Part shown: positions 25,043-34,419 of the stretch, in pieces
How the letters are laid out: each line of letters begins with the position of its first letter
How positions within the stretch are numbered: the stretch's first letter is position 1
From: an uncultured virus (IMG/VR IMGVR_UViG_3300027573_000022)
Taxonomy: Duplodnaviria > Heunggongvirae > Uroviricota > Caudoviricetes
Strand: one strand, 5' to 3'
Virus record (IMG/VR): IMGVR_UViG_3300027573_000022
DNA: 36,966 nucleotides
Position numbers and translations under genes: made by a program
The notes under the pieces: generated by a model
The model's database searches: none
What the model saw: only the letters and a program-made list of their open reading frames with translations
What the model was told of the DNA's origin: nothing

Positions 25043-25471
25043 GTGTCCGACTTCGTTGACCTCCGACCGAACGGGATCATCACCCTCCCGCTGACCTCCT
25101 CGCTGACGATCACGCTGCGACGACCCAACCTGGGTGAGTTCCGCGACATGCGGGAGCAGTTTGACGAGCTGGCCGACGCGACGAACGACGCCCTAAGTGA
25201 GATCGCCATTCGCGTCGATGAGGCCGCCGAGATGACGCGGGAGCAGCAGCTTGAGAAGCGGCAGGAGACGCGAGTCTGGCGTCGGCAGGTAACGAGCGAA
25301 CTCGAGGGCAAGCGCCTCGACTGGCTGCGCATGGTGTGTGAACGCCTAGGTGACAAGCGGCTGCCCGACGACGTGAACGAGTTGCCCGCGTGGATCACAG
25401 ATCCCGGCCTCGCCGCGTCAATGACGCGGCACTGGGTGAACCATCCGGGCCCTCCCTCTGGCGCCCGGTAG
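25043..25471 (+). CDS. putative tail assembly chaperone (G-like)
   Basis: 142 aa, ITLRRPNLGEF; ends in an in-frame X XXY YYZ heptamer; nearest plus-strand ORF pair upstream of the tape measure gene. Confidence 0.65.
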   Translation: MSDFVDLRPNGIITLPLTSSLTITLRRPNLGEFRDMREQFDELADATNDALSEIAIRVDEAAEMTREQQLEKRQETRVWRRQVTSELEGKRLDWLRMVCERLGDKRLPDDVNELPAWITDPGLAASMTRHWVNHPGPPSGAR

Positions 25472-25848
25472 TCTCCGCGGCCGGCGCCGCCCCCGCCGAA
25501 CTCACGGCACTCGAGCGGAGCATCCACTACCAGCTGCGTCCGCTCTATCATACGGCTGCGCGCATGGGCATCGCCAGTCCCGACCTCAACCGTGCGGAGC
25601 TGCAGGAGGTGGCCGCGATGATCGGGTTGAAGTGGGAGGATGTGGAGCAGGCCTTCGACCTGAGCGACACCGACGTCATCAAGCTGCGGGTGCAGGCCGC
25701 ATCCCAGGGGCGGAGCCTGACCGCGGCCGACCTGCCCGGCTTCGAGCAGCCGATGCAGGTCGACCCCCGGCTCTTGGGTGGGATGCTCAACCGAGACGCG
25801 CCCGGCGAGGCGGTGGTCATCCCGCCTCAGATGGTCCAGTCCGAGTGA
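25447..25848 (+). CDS. -1 frameshift extension of tail assembly chaperone (T-like)
   Basis: Open -1 frame overlapping the chaperone 3' end; no convincing SD/start of its own. Confidence 0.6.
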   Translation, partial: GPSLWRPVVSAAGAAPAELTALERSIHYQLRPLYHTAARMGIASPDLNRAELQEVAAMIGLKWEDVEQAFDLSDTDVIKLRVQAASQGRSLTAADLPGFEQPMQVDPRLLGGMLNRDAPGEAVVIPPQMVQSE

Positions 25849-26234
25849 GGTAGCTCGAGGCGTGCACCGTTCGGGCGAACGACGACGTACGTCTCACGCG
25901 TGACGCGGACGACCGTGCCGATCCATCCGTGCTTGTGCTTTACCTTGTCACCCTTGCGGGCAAGCTCTTTGCGCTTGGCCTTCCACTCCTCGGAGTCCTG
26001 GGACTTCTCGATCCAGGACCGCGCCTCCTTGCGCTCCTGCCACTCGGCGCGGTGCACCTCACGCAGCTTCGCCATCTCGAGGTTGCATGGGCTCCCCTCG
26101 CGGAAGGCCGTGCCGACGGGATGCCGGGCGATGCAGTCGGCCAACTCCTGCCGGTGCCGTTCGTTGACCTCGGCGTCCGAGTCGAGAAGTGGGTTGGTGT
26201 GGAGGGTCATCTTGACTTCCTCTTCATCGCTCAT
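25827..26234 (-). CDS. hypothetical protein with C-terminal KOW/SH3-like segment
   Basis: KGDKVKHKHGWIGTVVRV; SD GGAGG, ATGA coupling. Confidence 0.65.
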   Translation of the reverse strand: MSDEEEVKMTLHTNPLLDSDAEVNERHRQELADCIARHPVGTAFREGSPCNLEMAKLREVHRAEWQERKEARSWIEKSQDSEEWKAKRKELARKGDKVKHKHGWIGTVVRVTRETYVVVRPNGARLELPHSDWTI

Positions 26235-26701
26235 GCGTACGCCTCCTCGCTGGCGAAGGGAAGGGTGGGATCGGCGATGATGCGCTTGGGCTTCGTCGGG
26301 TCGGCGATCGTCTCGGGCGTCGCCTCGACCGTGACCCACATGTCGAAGTGGAGGTGGGTCGGGAGGTTGCTGACGATGAACCCGGGTGAGCATCCGCACG
26401 AGCAGCCGGCCCGCTGCGACCAGTTGAACTTCACCTTCGCCGCGACCTCGGGAGTCAGGTGCATCGCAGCCTTGATGGCCGGGATGAACGAGCGGTAGAG
26501 GTCCACGGGCCGGCGGTGCCGGTTCTCGAGGTTGCTGAGGATGCCTTCACCACGCACTCCGACGTAGCACCTGGGCTTCATCTCGAGTTCGGTGTAGGTC
26601 ATGCTCCAGTGGCCGGGCATCCGGTACCCGGAGTCGGTGTACTTGGGCGGGTACCACTTACGCTCCCGCGCGTTCGCGTAGACGGTGAGGGTCTGGGTCA
26701 T
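26231..26701 (-). CDS. conserved phage protein with WSQ-x-AGCSCGCSPGF motif
   Basis: Motif visible; SD AGGAG. Confidence 0.7.
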   Translation of the reverse strand: MTQTLTVYANARERKWYPPKYTDSGYRMPGHWSMTYTELEMKPRCYVGVRGEGILSNLENRHRRPVDLYRSFIPAIKAAMHLTPEVAAKVKFNWSQRAGCSCGCSPGFIVSNLPTHLHFDMWVTVEATPETIADPTKPKRIIADPTLPFASEEAYA

Positions 26702-26718
26702 TGGGCTTCTCTCCTGTC

Positions 26719-27294
26719 TTAGATGTGCTTCCGGCACTCGGGCCCGATGCCCAAGCTGCGGCTGGTCTCGTCGGTGAGGTGGCGGTTGCAGCGATAGCAC
26801 TTGCCGATCTCCTGGCCGTACCGCGGCCCAGCGTCGGGATCGTCGGCGATCGCCTCGAGGACGCGAACCTTCTCGTCCTTGCGGATGTTCACGTCGGGCT
26901 GGCCGCCGATGACGCGCTTCACGAACGTGTAGCCAGCCCACTTACCCTCGGTCGGCTTGTCCACGCGGTAGAAGTCGAGGTCGTTGTTCCCGGTGAAGGA
27001 GGCGATCGCGTAGTGCCCTTCCTTCACGGTGTCCCACTTGGGGTTGAGGGGCTTGGGGGCGAAGACGACGGGCCAGGGCGAGTCGTCGAGGGGCAGTGCG
27101 ATCGGGCGGCGCTGCGGGTCGCGGGCCAGGAGCCGGTCGATGTCGTTGGAGACACCCTTCCGATCCCACTGGCCGGCGGCGTTGAGCGCGTCCATGATAT
27201 GGCAGACGTCGGTGATTCCCGCGCGATCCTTGTAGAGCGCGAACAGGAAGTCGACCTGCTTGACGGTCGGTTCGGCTGTTGCTGTCTTGGTCAT
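26719..27294 (-). CDS. DUF6011 zinc-ribbon protein, first gene of leaderless cassette P5
   Basis: C-terminal CYRCNRHLTDETSRSLGIGPEC. Confidence 0.85.
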   Translation of the reverse strand: MTKTATAEPTVKQVDFLFALYKDRAGITDVCHIMDALNAAGQWDRKGVSNDIDRLLARDPQRRPIALPLDDSPWPVVFAPKPLNPKWDTVKEGHYAIASFTGNNDLDFYRVDKPTEGKWAGYTFVKRVIGGQPDVNIRKDEKVRVLEAIADDPDAGPRYGQEIGKCYRCNRHLTDETSRSLGIGPECRKHI

Positions 27295-27329
27295 AAGTAC
27301 ATTATATCAAGTTGAGCGTCAATGTCAAC
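27295..27329 (-). promoter_or_regulatory. repeated sigma70-type promoter P5 (leaderless)
   Basis: G-TTGACA-TTGACGCTCAACTTGA-TATAAT-GTACTT-ATG. Confidence 0.9.
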
Positions 27330-27378
27330 CCATTCTGGGCGGTTTCTGGGCAGTTTCCGGCCCTCGACCCGGGATCGG

Positions 27379-27392
27379 GCTACGATCCGGCC
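27379..27392 (+). promoter_or_regulatory. -10 promoter candidate for tape measure operon (leaderless)
   Basis: GC-TACGAT-CCGGCC-GTG 27393. Confidence 0.6.
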
Positions 27393-30300
27393 GTGGCGCT
27401 CGAGGAAGAACTTGTACTTGACTTCACCCAGGCGCTCCAGGACATCGGGACGGTCGAGGACGCGCTGACCCAGATCGCCGAGAACTTCAAGGCGGCGATG
27501 GAGGAGGCGCTCTCGGCGCTGGAGATTCCTCCCATCGACGTCCCCGTGAACGACGACCAGGTGGTGGCACTCGAGCAGCAGCTCGATCAGCTCGAGGGTT
27601 CGGTCACCGTAACGACCGAGAACCCGAACGAGCCCGCCCAGGAGGTGCAGTCGGCGTTCGAGTCGACTCCCTTCGTCGTCACACCCGAGATCGACACCGA
27701 GGCTCTTACCCAGTCACTTGACGACGCCTTCGCGCAGGCCGAGTCCAGCAGTGAGGGACTTTCCGGTCTGGGTGAGGGGCTCGAGAACGCGCAAGCGGGG
27801 TTCAGCAGTGCGGCGGGTGGCGCGCTGGAGTTTCAGGGTGCCCTCTCCCTTGTGCGGGAAAGCTCGGGTGCGGTCGCCCGCGACAGTGGCGCACTCCTCG
27901 GCATCGCCGACAAGCTGGGCGGGAAGTTCCTACCGCTTACGGCGGCCTTCACCGCCTTCGGACTTGCCGGACGAACCTTCGTTAGCTCGGCACGTTCGAG
28001 TGTGTCGGCGAGTGAGCGGTTCAGCTTCATTCTTGGTGACATGGCCGAGGAAGTCGACAACATCGACATCGGTGGGCTCAACGAGGACCTTACCACCCTC
28101 GCCCAGCGACTGGGTCAGGACGATGAGGCACTTCGCAACGCCGCGTCGAAGATCTTTCAGATCGGCAAGACGAGCGGCATCGCACGGCCCGAGGTTGCCG
28201 ACCTTACAGAGACCGTCGTTGCACTCGCCGCGCGCGCCGGTGCACTCGACCCGACGCTTACGAACGTCGGTGCATCGGCGCAGCGGCTGTTCTTCGGCCT
28301 CGCCCGAGGCGGTCCCATCCTTGCGCGGTTCGGCATCGACCTGCCCGCGAAGGAACTGCGGGAGTTCGCCGAGCAGTCGGGCAAGACCTTCGCCTCGCTT
28401 TCCATCGGTGAACGAGCCACCATCGGTGCCGAGCTCGCCCTCAAGAAGTTGGGTGGCACCCTCGCCTCGGACATCAACCAGGGTGCCGAGAACACCGAGA
28501 TCCGATTCCGTGCACTGCGTGAGGAGTTCAACAACGCGGTGGAGGACCTGGGCGTCCCGCTTCTCGAGCCCACCCTCGCTGCCATTCGCGCCGGGCAGCC
28601 CCTGCTGCTCGAACTCGCGAACCTCTTTTCATCACTTATCTCGGCGGTTGCTCCCCTAGGTGCCCTCCTTATCGAGTCCGTCACACCCGCCGTCGAGGGT
28701 CTCGCGGGAGCACTCAGTCTTCTTCTCTCACCGCTTGGCCCGCTCTCCGAGATCATCGGTTCTCTTCCCAGTGAGCTGGTGACGCTCGCGACGACGTTCG
28801 GCGTCGTTGCACTCGCGGTGAATCGCTACACCGCGGCGGCGAAGGGAGCCGTTGCGGTGGATGCGGTGAGTGGCGTCGCTCCGACGGCCTCACGTCTTCA
28901 GCGGGCCGCGGCAGGTCTCGACGTCTCGGCGGCGAGGATCGGCATCGCGGTCGCCGGGATCACCACGGCATTCGTTGTTGCATCGAAGATCTGGGAGGCG
29001 TCCATAGCGAAGGGTGAGGAGGCGGTCTCATCCTTCACCCAAGACATCGAGGAGAAGTTCCCGGCCGCGGGGACGACCGTCGCCGAGCTTAGGCGTGGGA
29101 TCCAGCAGATCGGCAAGGCTGAGGATGACTTGCGCAAGTCACGCAGGGGAAGTTCATCACTCTTCGACATCGACTACCGCCGTGATCTTCAGAAGGGGGA
29201 GGAGGCACTGCAGGATCTCACGGCCGAGTACACGGAACAGATCGCCGAGGCGAATCGACTGTCGAGTGCCACGGGTGTGAACGCCGACACACTCCTCAAG
29301 CTCATTCGCGCGGGCGAAGACACCGCACCTGTGATCGCGCGGGTGACCGACGAGTATGGGCGCTTCTTTCAGTCGATTCAGGACAAGGCCCTCGACGACC
29401 TCATTCGTCAGCAGGAACGCGGCACCCTCACGGCGGAGGAGTTCGCGAAGGGCGCCGAGGACACGGGTAAGTCGACGAAGGAACTCGATGCGATTCTGAA
29501 GTCGGCGGCCGACGCAACGGAGCAGTTCGTCGCCGGGTTCGGCGGGCCTACACCCAGCATCATCGACACAGCGATCGGAAAGATCGATGATGCGACGCTT
29601 AGCTTGAAGGCCTTTCAGGATCAGATCCGGAAGGAGGGCCTCGCGCAGATCTCCTTCCAGCAGAACCTCGAGACGATTCTTCAGGCGGGAGCGTTCGGTG
29701 CGTTCGAGGCGTTGCAGAGACTCGGCCCTGAGCGTGGCGCCCAGATTGCCCAGGAGGCAGTCGCCCGGGGTAACGAGGGCATCGCCGAACTGGAGCGGAT
29801 CGTCGCGCAGGCGTCGACCATCGAGGCGCAGGGCGAGGCGCAGCGACGTCGGGCCGCCGAGGCTGCGCGCCGGCGCGCGGACCTCACCGAGCAGGTCAAG
29901 GTGGAGTTCAACCTCGACCTCACCAAGTTCAACGAGCAGGAACGACAGTTCATCGACCGAATCGTAAGCGAGGACACGGGTGGTCTCTTCGGCACCGCGA
30001 TCGGTACCAACGCGACGGATGCACTGCAGCGTAACCTCGAGGAGAGTGACACAAAGAATCAAGCCATCTTTGAGGCGGTGGGTCTGAATGCGGGACAGGC
30101 GTTCGTCGAGGGCTTCCGCGAGAACTCCAGCGACATCGCGGGCGAGACGGGCTTCATCACCGAGGCGGACCGGGTACTGGCCGAGGATCAGGCGGGTGCC
30201 CTCGGCGAGCTTGTGGCGCTGGGATTCCAGTCGGGCATCGAGACCGGTGGCGCGACGATCGCCTCGAGGGTGCGGGCGACGCTCGTCGATCCCGTACTTA

Positions 30301-30956
30301 ACCTGATCATCAACACCTTCAAGATCGGATCGCCGTCGAAGCTGATGGAGGAGTTCGGCAAGGAGATCGTCGCCGGCTTCAACGTTGGCCTCGAGGACAC
30401 GGTAAATGCGGCCGAACTCGTGGATGATGTACTTACCCAGATGGAACGGCTCAGCCTGGGTGCGCAAGACCTCGCCAACGTCGCGGGTTCGAGCTTCGAC
30501 GAGTTGACCGCGACGATCGAGGCGCTCGGGAAGGCGCGTGAGGAGGCGGCCAACACACCGCAGGCGTTCGAGGACATCGTCAAGTCCGTCGAGGCGCTGG
30601 GTGGACCCGAGGGTGTGAAGAAGTTGCAGGAGGCGATGGCGATGACCGTCGCCACCGCGTTCAAGGGTGCTACCGCCGAGCAGATCCAGGAACTTGTTGA
30701 CCAGCAACGGCTGCAGCAGGCTGTGCAGGCTGTGTCGGCGTCGGTGGGCGTCGCACCGATCCTACACCCACCGGGCACCGAGCTTTCCGTATTCGGCCGG
30801 GATGCGGCGGTAGATTCTCGGCTCCTGACGGGTACCGGTGCGCAAGTCATCATCGAACATCTCGAGGTCACGCCTCCCGAGGATGCATCGATGCCCGAGG
30901 TCGCGGCGGCGATCGGTGACCAGGTCACCTGGGCGCTACGATCGGTCACCGTATGA
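27393..30956 (+). CDS. tape measure protein (1187 aa)
   Basis: Longest ORF; Ala/Gly-rich helical, central hydrophobic stretch, C-terminal IGSPSKLMEEFG..IVAGF motif; followed by minor tail genes. Confidence 0.88.
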   Translation: MALEEELVLDFTQALQDIGTVEDALTQIAENFKAAMEEALSALEIPPIDVPVNDDQVVALEQQLDQLEGSVTVTTENPNEPAQEVQSAFESTPFVVTPEIDTEALTQSLDDAFAQAESSSEGLSGLGEGLENAQAGFSSAAGGALEFQGALSLVRESSGAVARDSGALLGIADKLGGKFLPLTAAFTAFGLAGRTFVSSARSSVSASERFSFILGDMAEEVDNIDIGGLNEDLTTLAQRLGQDDEALRNAASKIFQIGKTSGIARPEVADLTETVVALAARAGALDPTLTNVGASAQRLFFGLARGGPILARFGIDLPAKELREFAEQSGKTFASLSIGERATIGAELALKKLGGTLASDINQGAENTEIRFRALREEFNNAVEDLGVPLLEPTLAAIRAGQPLLLELANLFSSLISAVAPLGALLIESVTPAVEGLAGALSLLLSPLGPLSEIIGSLPSELVTLATTFGVVALAVNRYTAAAKGAVAVDAVSGVAPTASRLQRAAAGLDVSAARIGIAVAGITTAFVVASKIWEASIAKGEEAVSSFTQDIEEKFPAAGTTVAELRRGIQQIGKAEDDLRKSRRGSSSLFDIDYRRDLQKGEEALQDLTAEYTEQIAEANRLSSATGVNADTLLKLIRAGEDTAPVIARVTDEYGRFFQSIQDKALDDLIRQQERGTLTAEEFAKGAEDTGKSTKELDAILKSAADATEQFVAGFGGPTPSIIDTAIGKIDDATLSLKAFQDQIRKEGLAQISFQQNLETILQAGAFGAFEALQRLGPERGAQIAQEAVARGNEGIAELERIVAQASTIEAQGEAQRRRAAEAARRRADLTEQVKVEFNLDLTKFNEQERQFIDRIVSEDTGGLFGTAIGTNATDALQRNLEESDTKNQAIFEAVGLNAGQAFVEGFRENSSDIAGETGFITEADRVLAEDQAGALGELVALGFQSGIETGGATIASRVRATLVDPVLNLIINTFKIGSPSKLMEEFGKEIVAGFNVGLEDTVNAAELVDDVLTQMERLSLGAQDLANVAGSSFDELTATIEALGKAREEAANTPQAFEDIVKSVEALGGPEGVKKLQEAMAMTVATAFKGATAEQIQELVDQQRLQQAVQAVSASVGVAPILHPPGTELSVFGRDAAVDSRLLTGTGAQVIIEHLEVTPPEDASMPEVAAAIGDQVTWALRSVTV

Positions 30957-31378
30957 CGACGACACTGCTGATACGAAGCGTCTCCTTCGGTGACGGCACG
31001 ACGTACTGCTGGGACGAGGGTGGGCCGCAGGGTCTAGGTGAACCCACGCCGCGCAACAACGACGTGCCGCGTGGACACGCCGACGGCGACATGGCGCAGA
31101 GCGACTGGCTCCCACCCCGGCAGATGAACTTCCCGTTCGTCATCGGCACACCGCAGGTCACGACCCGACCTGCGGCGGTCGCCGCCCTTGAGGCCGCCCG
31201 CGTGGCGTGGACGCGAAGTCAGACGGACCTGCCCGTGGTGCTGAACCTCGAGGGGCAGTCATACACGTTCGTCGGGCGACCCAACGGCTTCACGGTCGAC
31301 CTCACCCGCTTCATGACTGGCCTGCTGGTGATTAGGATCATGTGCAACTTCCGCGCCGTCGACCCGGCCATCTACTAG
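30953..31378 (+). CDS. putative distal tail (Dit-like) protein
   Basis: Directly follows the tape measure gene; RNNDVPR..ADG...FVGRP...FRAVDPAIY pattern. Confidence 0.65.
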   Translation: MTTTLLIRSVSFGDGTTYCWDEGGPQGLGEPTPRNNDVPRGHADGDMAQSDWLPPRQMNFPFVIGTPQVTTRPAAVAALEAARVAWTRSQTDLPVVLNLEGQSYTFVGRPNGFTVDLTRFMTGLLVIRIMCNFRAVDPAIY

Positions 31379-31386
31379 GAGGCACG

Positions 31387-31611
31387 TTGAGGGAATCACT
31401 CTTCGACCCAGAGACCGGGAAGCTGCGCGATCGTGACGCGTTGAAGTCCGTGGGTGTGTCGGTGCTGGGTGACACGTACACCTACACCGACGAGCGCAAC
31501 GCAACGATCACCAGGCACGCGGACGGAAGTCAGGGCGTGACGGTGCGACCCAAGATGCACATGATAAGGCGTCTGGACCTACCGCCCTCGGGTGGGAGTG
31601 AGGACCACTAA
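31387..31611 (+). CDS. small hypothetical protein in tail module
   Basis: TTG after AGGAGG; TAATG coupling to next gene. Confidence 0.55.
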   Translation: MRESLFDPETGKLRDRDALKSVGVSVLGDTYTYTDERNATITRHADGSQGVTVRPKMHMIRRLDLPPSGGSEDH

Positions 31612-32060
31612 TGGCCGTCGAAGGCTCGGGCCTCTTCCTCACACTCAAGGCCGACATCATCGACGCGACGCAGCTCGCGTACAACCCACTCTCCGACACG
31701 ATGAGGGTCGCTCTCTTCCCGAACACGGTGACGCCGAACTTCGAGACCGACACCGCGTACAACGTCGGCACGTGGTCGTCGGCCAACGAGGTCGCGGCCG
31801 GCGGCGGTTACGTCGCCGGCGGCGCGACGCTGGGCACCAAGACGATCACCATCTCGAACGGCGCGATGATCTTCGACGCCGCCGACATCATTGGCACGTG
31901 GACGTCACCGACCTTCACCCCTCGCTGCGCATTGCTGTGGGATGACACCGTGTCGGATCGCGCCGTGTACCTGTGCGACTTTGGCGGTGACTACCCGGTC
32001 GTCGCCCAGCCCTTCAACATCGTGTGGGATCCCACCGGCATCTACGGTGAGCTCTTCTAG
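31611..32060 (+). CDS. minor tail/virion protein
   Basis: DTMRVAL...NEV...GYVAGGATL...FDAAD...DFGGD...FNIVWD..GI pattern of phage tail proteins. Confidence 0.75.
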   Translation: MAVEGSGLFLTLKADIIDATQLAYNPLSDTMRVALFPNTVTPNFETDTAYNVGTWSSANEVAAGGGYVAGGATLGTKTITISNGAMIFDAADIIGTWTSPTFTPRCALLWDDTVSDRAVYLCDFGGDYPVVAQPFNIVWDPTGIYGELF

Positions 32061-32062
32061 TC

Positions 32063-33832
32063 GTGGTCACGGTCAACGCACTGCGTCATAACTCGGTCGC
32101 GTACAAGCCGCGCCCGAGTGGGACGATCAGCCCCGTCTCGGTGTATCCATCCCGACACGACGGGGTGCGCATCGGACGCAGCAACTCGGCGGGATACATC
32201 TCGGGCCCGGGTGCGATTCCCTACACGGGTTCCACCGGTCCCAGCCCGGGTGCACCCATGCTGCCGACGATGGCGAGCGCGGTGCCCAACTACTTCATCC
32301 AGATCGTCGACATCTACGGCGTGCTGCAGGGTGTGCTGGTGTCCAACGGCGGCCTGGGTCCGAACAACTTCACGATCCCAAGCGTCACGTGGGAGTTGAA
32401 CGGGTCGGGTAGCGCCTCGTGCATCGGACCGACGTCGGACAACTCACTTCGCGGCCTCATCGACTTCAAGGGTGAAGTGAAGGACGGGCTTGAGCTTCGC
32501 TTCATGCGTGAGCTTGAGCCGTTCTACTGGATGGTGCCACTCACACCCGAGGCCGACGAGAAGGAGATCCGCATCTCGGGTCCGGGCTTCCTGTACGCAC
32601 TGTCACGTCGCTTCGTCGGACGCAACGGTGAGCCACCGAACCTGGTGCTCAACGGCTCCTTCGAGACGAACACGGCCAGCTGGTCGGTGACGCCGCTCGC
32701 GAGCAGCGACTGGTCCGCCTCACCCTCACACGATGAGGAGGGTGGGTCCGTCACCGTGTCGGCGACGACGTCGGGCAACAACTTCATCTACCAGAACATT
32801 ACCCTGCCACCGGTCTTCAGTGACACCTTCCTGTGGGTGACGGCGTGGATGTACCTCGATGAGGCAATCCCGCAGAACCGCTTGCCCACGTCGGGTCGCG
32901 GCATCTGGGCGATCTTCACCGTGAACGGCACCGTGGTGTACCAGCAGGGCATCGTCCCGAACTGGCGCGTCGCGGGTCGCTGGCAGGAGGTGAAGACCCT
33001 CATCTTCCTCCCGGGTGGGCAGGCCGCGGACATGCAGCTTCGCCTGTACACACCGAACGGTCAGGTGCGGTGGGACGACGTGCGGGTTCGCCGGGAGGAG
33101 CGGCTGTACGCGATGCCGACGATGGAGGGCGCGATCGTCGCACTCGTGCAGCACGCGCAGCAGCAGTCACTGGGCAAGGAACCCGCCAACATCTACGTGG
33201 ACGGCACGAACTCCCAGGGTGGGCCTGTGTCCCGTGCCTACAAGTACGCGGAGCGGGCGAACATCATCAGCGCCATCAACGAGTTCCCGAACATGAGTGA
33301 GGGTGTGAACTGGACCGGTGAGATCCAGTCGGGCACCGGCCGTGCACTGGTGACGTTGCCTCGGTTCGGTCTCGACACGGGTGCACCCGTCCTGCTCGAG
33401 TGGGGACTGAACATCAGCCGGTACCGGTGGCGGTGGGATGGGTCACGCCGTGCGGACAAGGTCATCGTGGGTTCACGCGGCTCGGGCTTCGACTTCGCGG
33501 AGGGACTCTTTGACGACGACACGACGACGCTGGGTTGGGAGACGTATCGTCCGGCCCGCATCGAATCACTCGAGCCGCAGGGTGAGGCAGACGGCCTCGG
33601 GCAGGCGTATCGAAGGCCGATCAGCCTGGACATCACGGCACATCGAACGGCGAGCCTCGACCTCTTCGCACCGTGGCGGGACGGTGACTTCCGCGTGGGT
33701 CGCCTATGCACGGTCAAGATCTACGAGGGTTTCATCCGTGTGAACGAGACCTTCATGATCCAGCGGATGACTTTCATCCCCGAGCGTGAGACGTGGCAGG
33801 TCAACGTCGTGCGCGTGGACAACCTGCTGTGA
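32063..33832 (+). CDS. minor tail/baseplate hub protein with inserted carbohydrate-binding-like domain
   Basis: WELNGSGS N-terminal part; NLVLNGSFE...W...WDDVRV CBM-like insert. Confidence 0.7.
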   Translation: MVTVNALRHNSVAYKPRPSGTISPVSVYPSRHDGVRIGRSNSAGYISGPGAIPYTGSTGPSPGAPMLPTMASAVPNYFIQIVDIYGVLQGVLVSNGGLGPNNFTIPSVTWELNGSGSASCIGPTSDNSLRGLIDFKGEVKDGLELRFMRELEPFYWMVPLTPEADEKEIRISGPGFLYALSRRFVGRNGEPPNLVLNGSFETNTASWSVTPLASSDWSASPSHDEEGGSVTVSATTSGNNFIYQNITLPPVFSDTFLWVTAWMYLDEAIPQNRLPTSGRGIWAIFTVNGTVVYQQGIVPNWRVAGRWQEVKTLIFLPGGQAADMQLRLYTPNGQVRWDDVRVRREERLYAMPTMEGAIVALVQHAQQQSLGKEPANIYVDGTNSQGGPVSRAYKYAERANIISAINEFPNMSEGVNWTGEIQSGTGRALVTLPRFGLDTGAPVLLEWGLNISRYRWRWDGSRRADKVIVGSRGSGFDFAEGLFDDDTTTLGWETYRPARIESLEPQGEADGLGQAYRRPISLDITAHRTASLDLFAPWRDGDFRVGRLCTVKIYEGFIRVNETFMIQRMTFIPERETWQVNVVRVDNLL

Positions 33833-34419
33833 GCATCATCGGCGACGGCTTCACGCAGGAGTTCGGCTTCACCGACCTTCGCCTACGTGAGCTCGAGCGA
33901 CGCGTGCCGGTCATCGACGACGGGATGCCTACCGGTGCGTGTGAGGGCGCGGTCAAGCTCTTCTTCGAGGGAGCGCAGTCGACGCCGGCGTCCACCGCAC
34001 CCTACCTCATCCTGTGGACGGGAAGCCTGTACGCGTGCACCGCCTCCATGATGGTGTCGGGGGACGGGGTGATGGTGGAGCAGGCCGGTGTGTGGCACGT
34101 GACCGGCACGGTGCGTGCGGTAGGTGCGGTGGACTCCATCCTCGAGCTGTGGACCGATCACGGGACGACGAATCACGTACTCTCGTCCGACTACCGCAGC
34201 GCCGCCGAGACCGGGAACGAGTCCCGCATGCACGTGTCCCAGGATGTGTTCCTGGACTACGGTGACAGCCTGTGGCTCGTGCTGACACCCCAGGCTGCGA
34301 CATCCATCAGCATCCTCGCCGAGCCGCAGTTGGCGCTCTCGGCCCACCTGGTGGCGTGTGACTGCGGAAGCGACTGCAACTGGACCGAGGACTGCGCCGG
34401 CTGGGACCTCACGTGCTGA
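33829..34419 (+). CDS. minor tail / receptor-binding protein (C1q/TNF-like)
   Basis: LRLRELERR coiled start; GVMVEQAGVWHVTGTV...LDYGDSLWL beta pattern; GTGA coupling. Confidence 0.6.
   Translation: MSIIGDGFTQEFGFTDLRLRELERRVPVIDDGMPTGACEGAVKLFFEGAQSTPASTAPYLILWTGSLYACTASMMVSGDGVMVEQAGVWHVTGTVRAVGAVDSILELWTDHGTTNHVLSSDYRSAAETGNESRMHVSQDVFLDYGDSLWLVLTPQAATSISILAEPQLALSAHLVACDCGSDCNWTEDCAGWDLTC

Noticed and set aside
8359..27329. Repeated motif as att sites or IS ends
   Set aside because: No integrase or transposase in the window; the motif is an exact -35/-10 consensus at fixed distance from start codons.
27312..27392. ORF-track start of the tape measure gene (likewise 24977 for the chaperone)
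   Set aside because: These TTG starts fall inside the opposite-strand promoter repeat; GTG 27393 and GTG 25043 follow TANNNT elements.
29157..30707. 516-aa minus-strand ORF and similar long antisense or alternate-frame ORFs (e.g. 13166-14194, 13278-14045, 21155-22102, 27718-28659)
   Set aside because: Shadow ORFs typical of high-GC coding DNA, overlapping better-supported genes.
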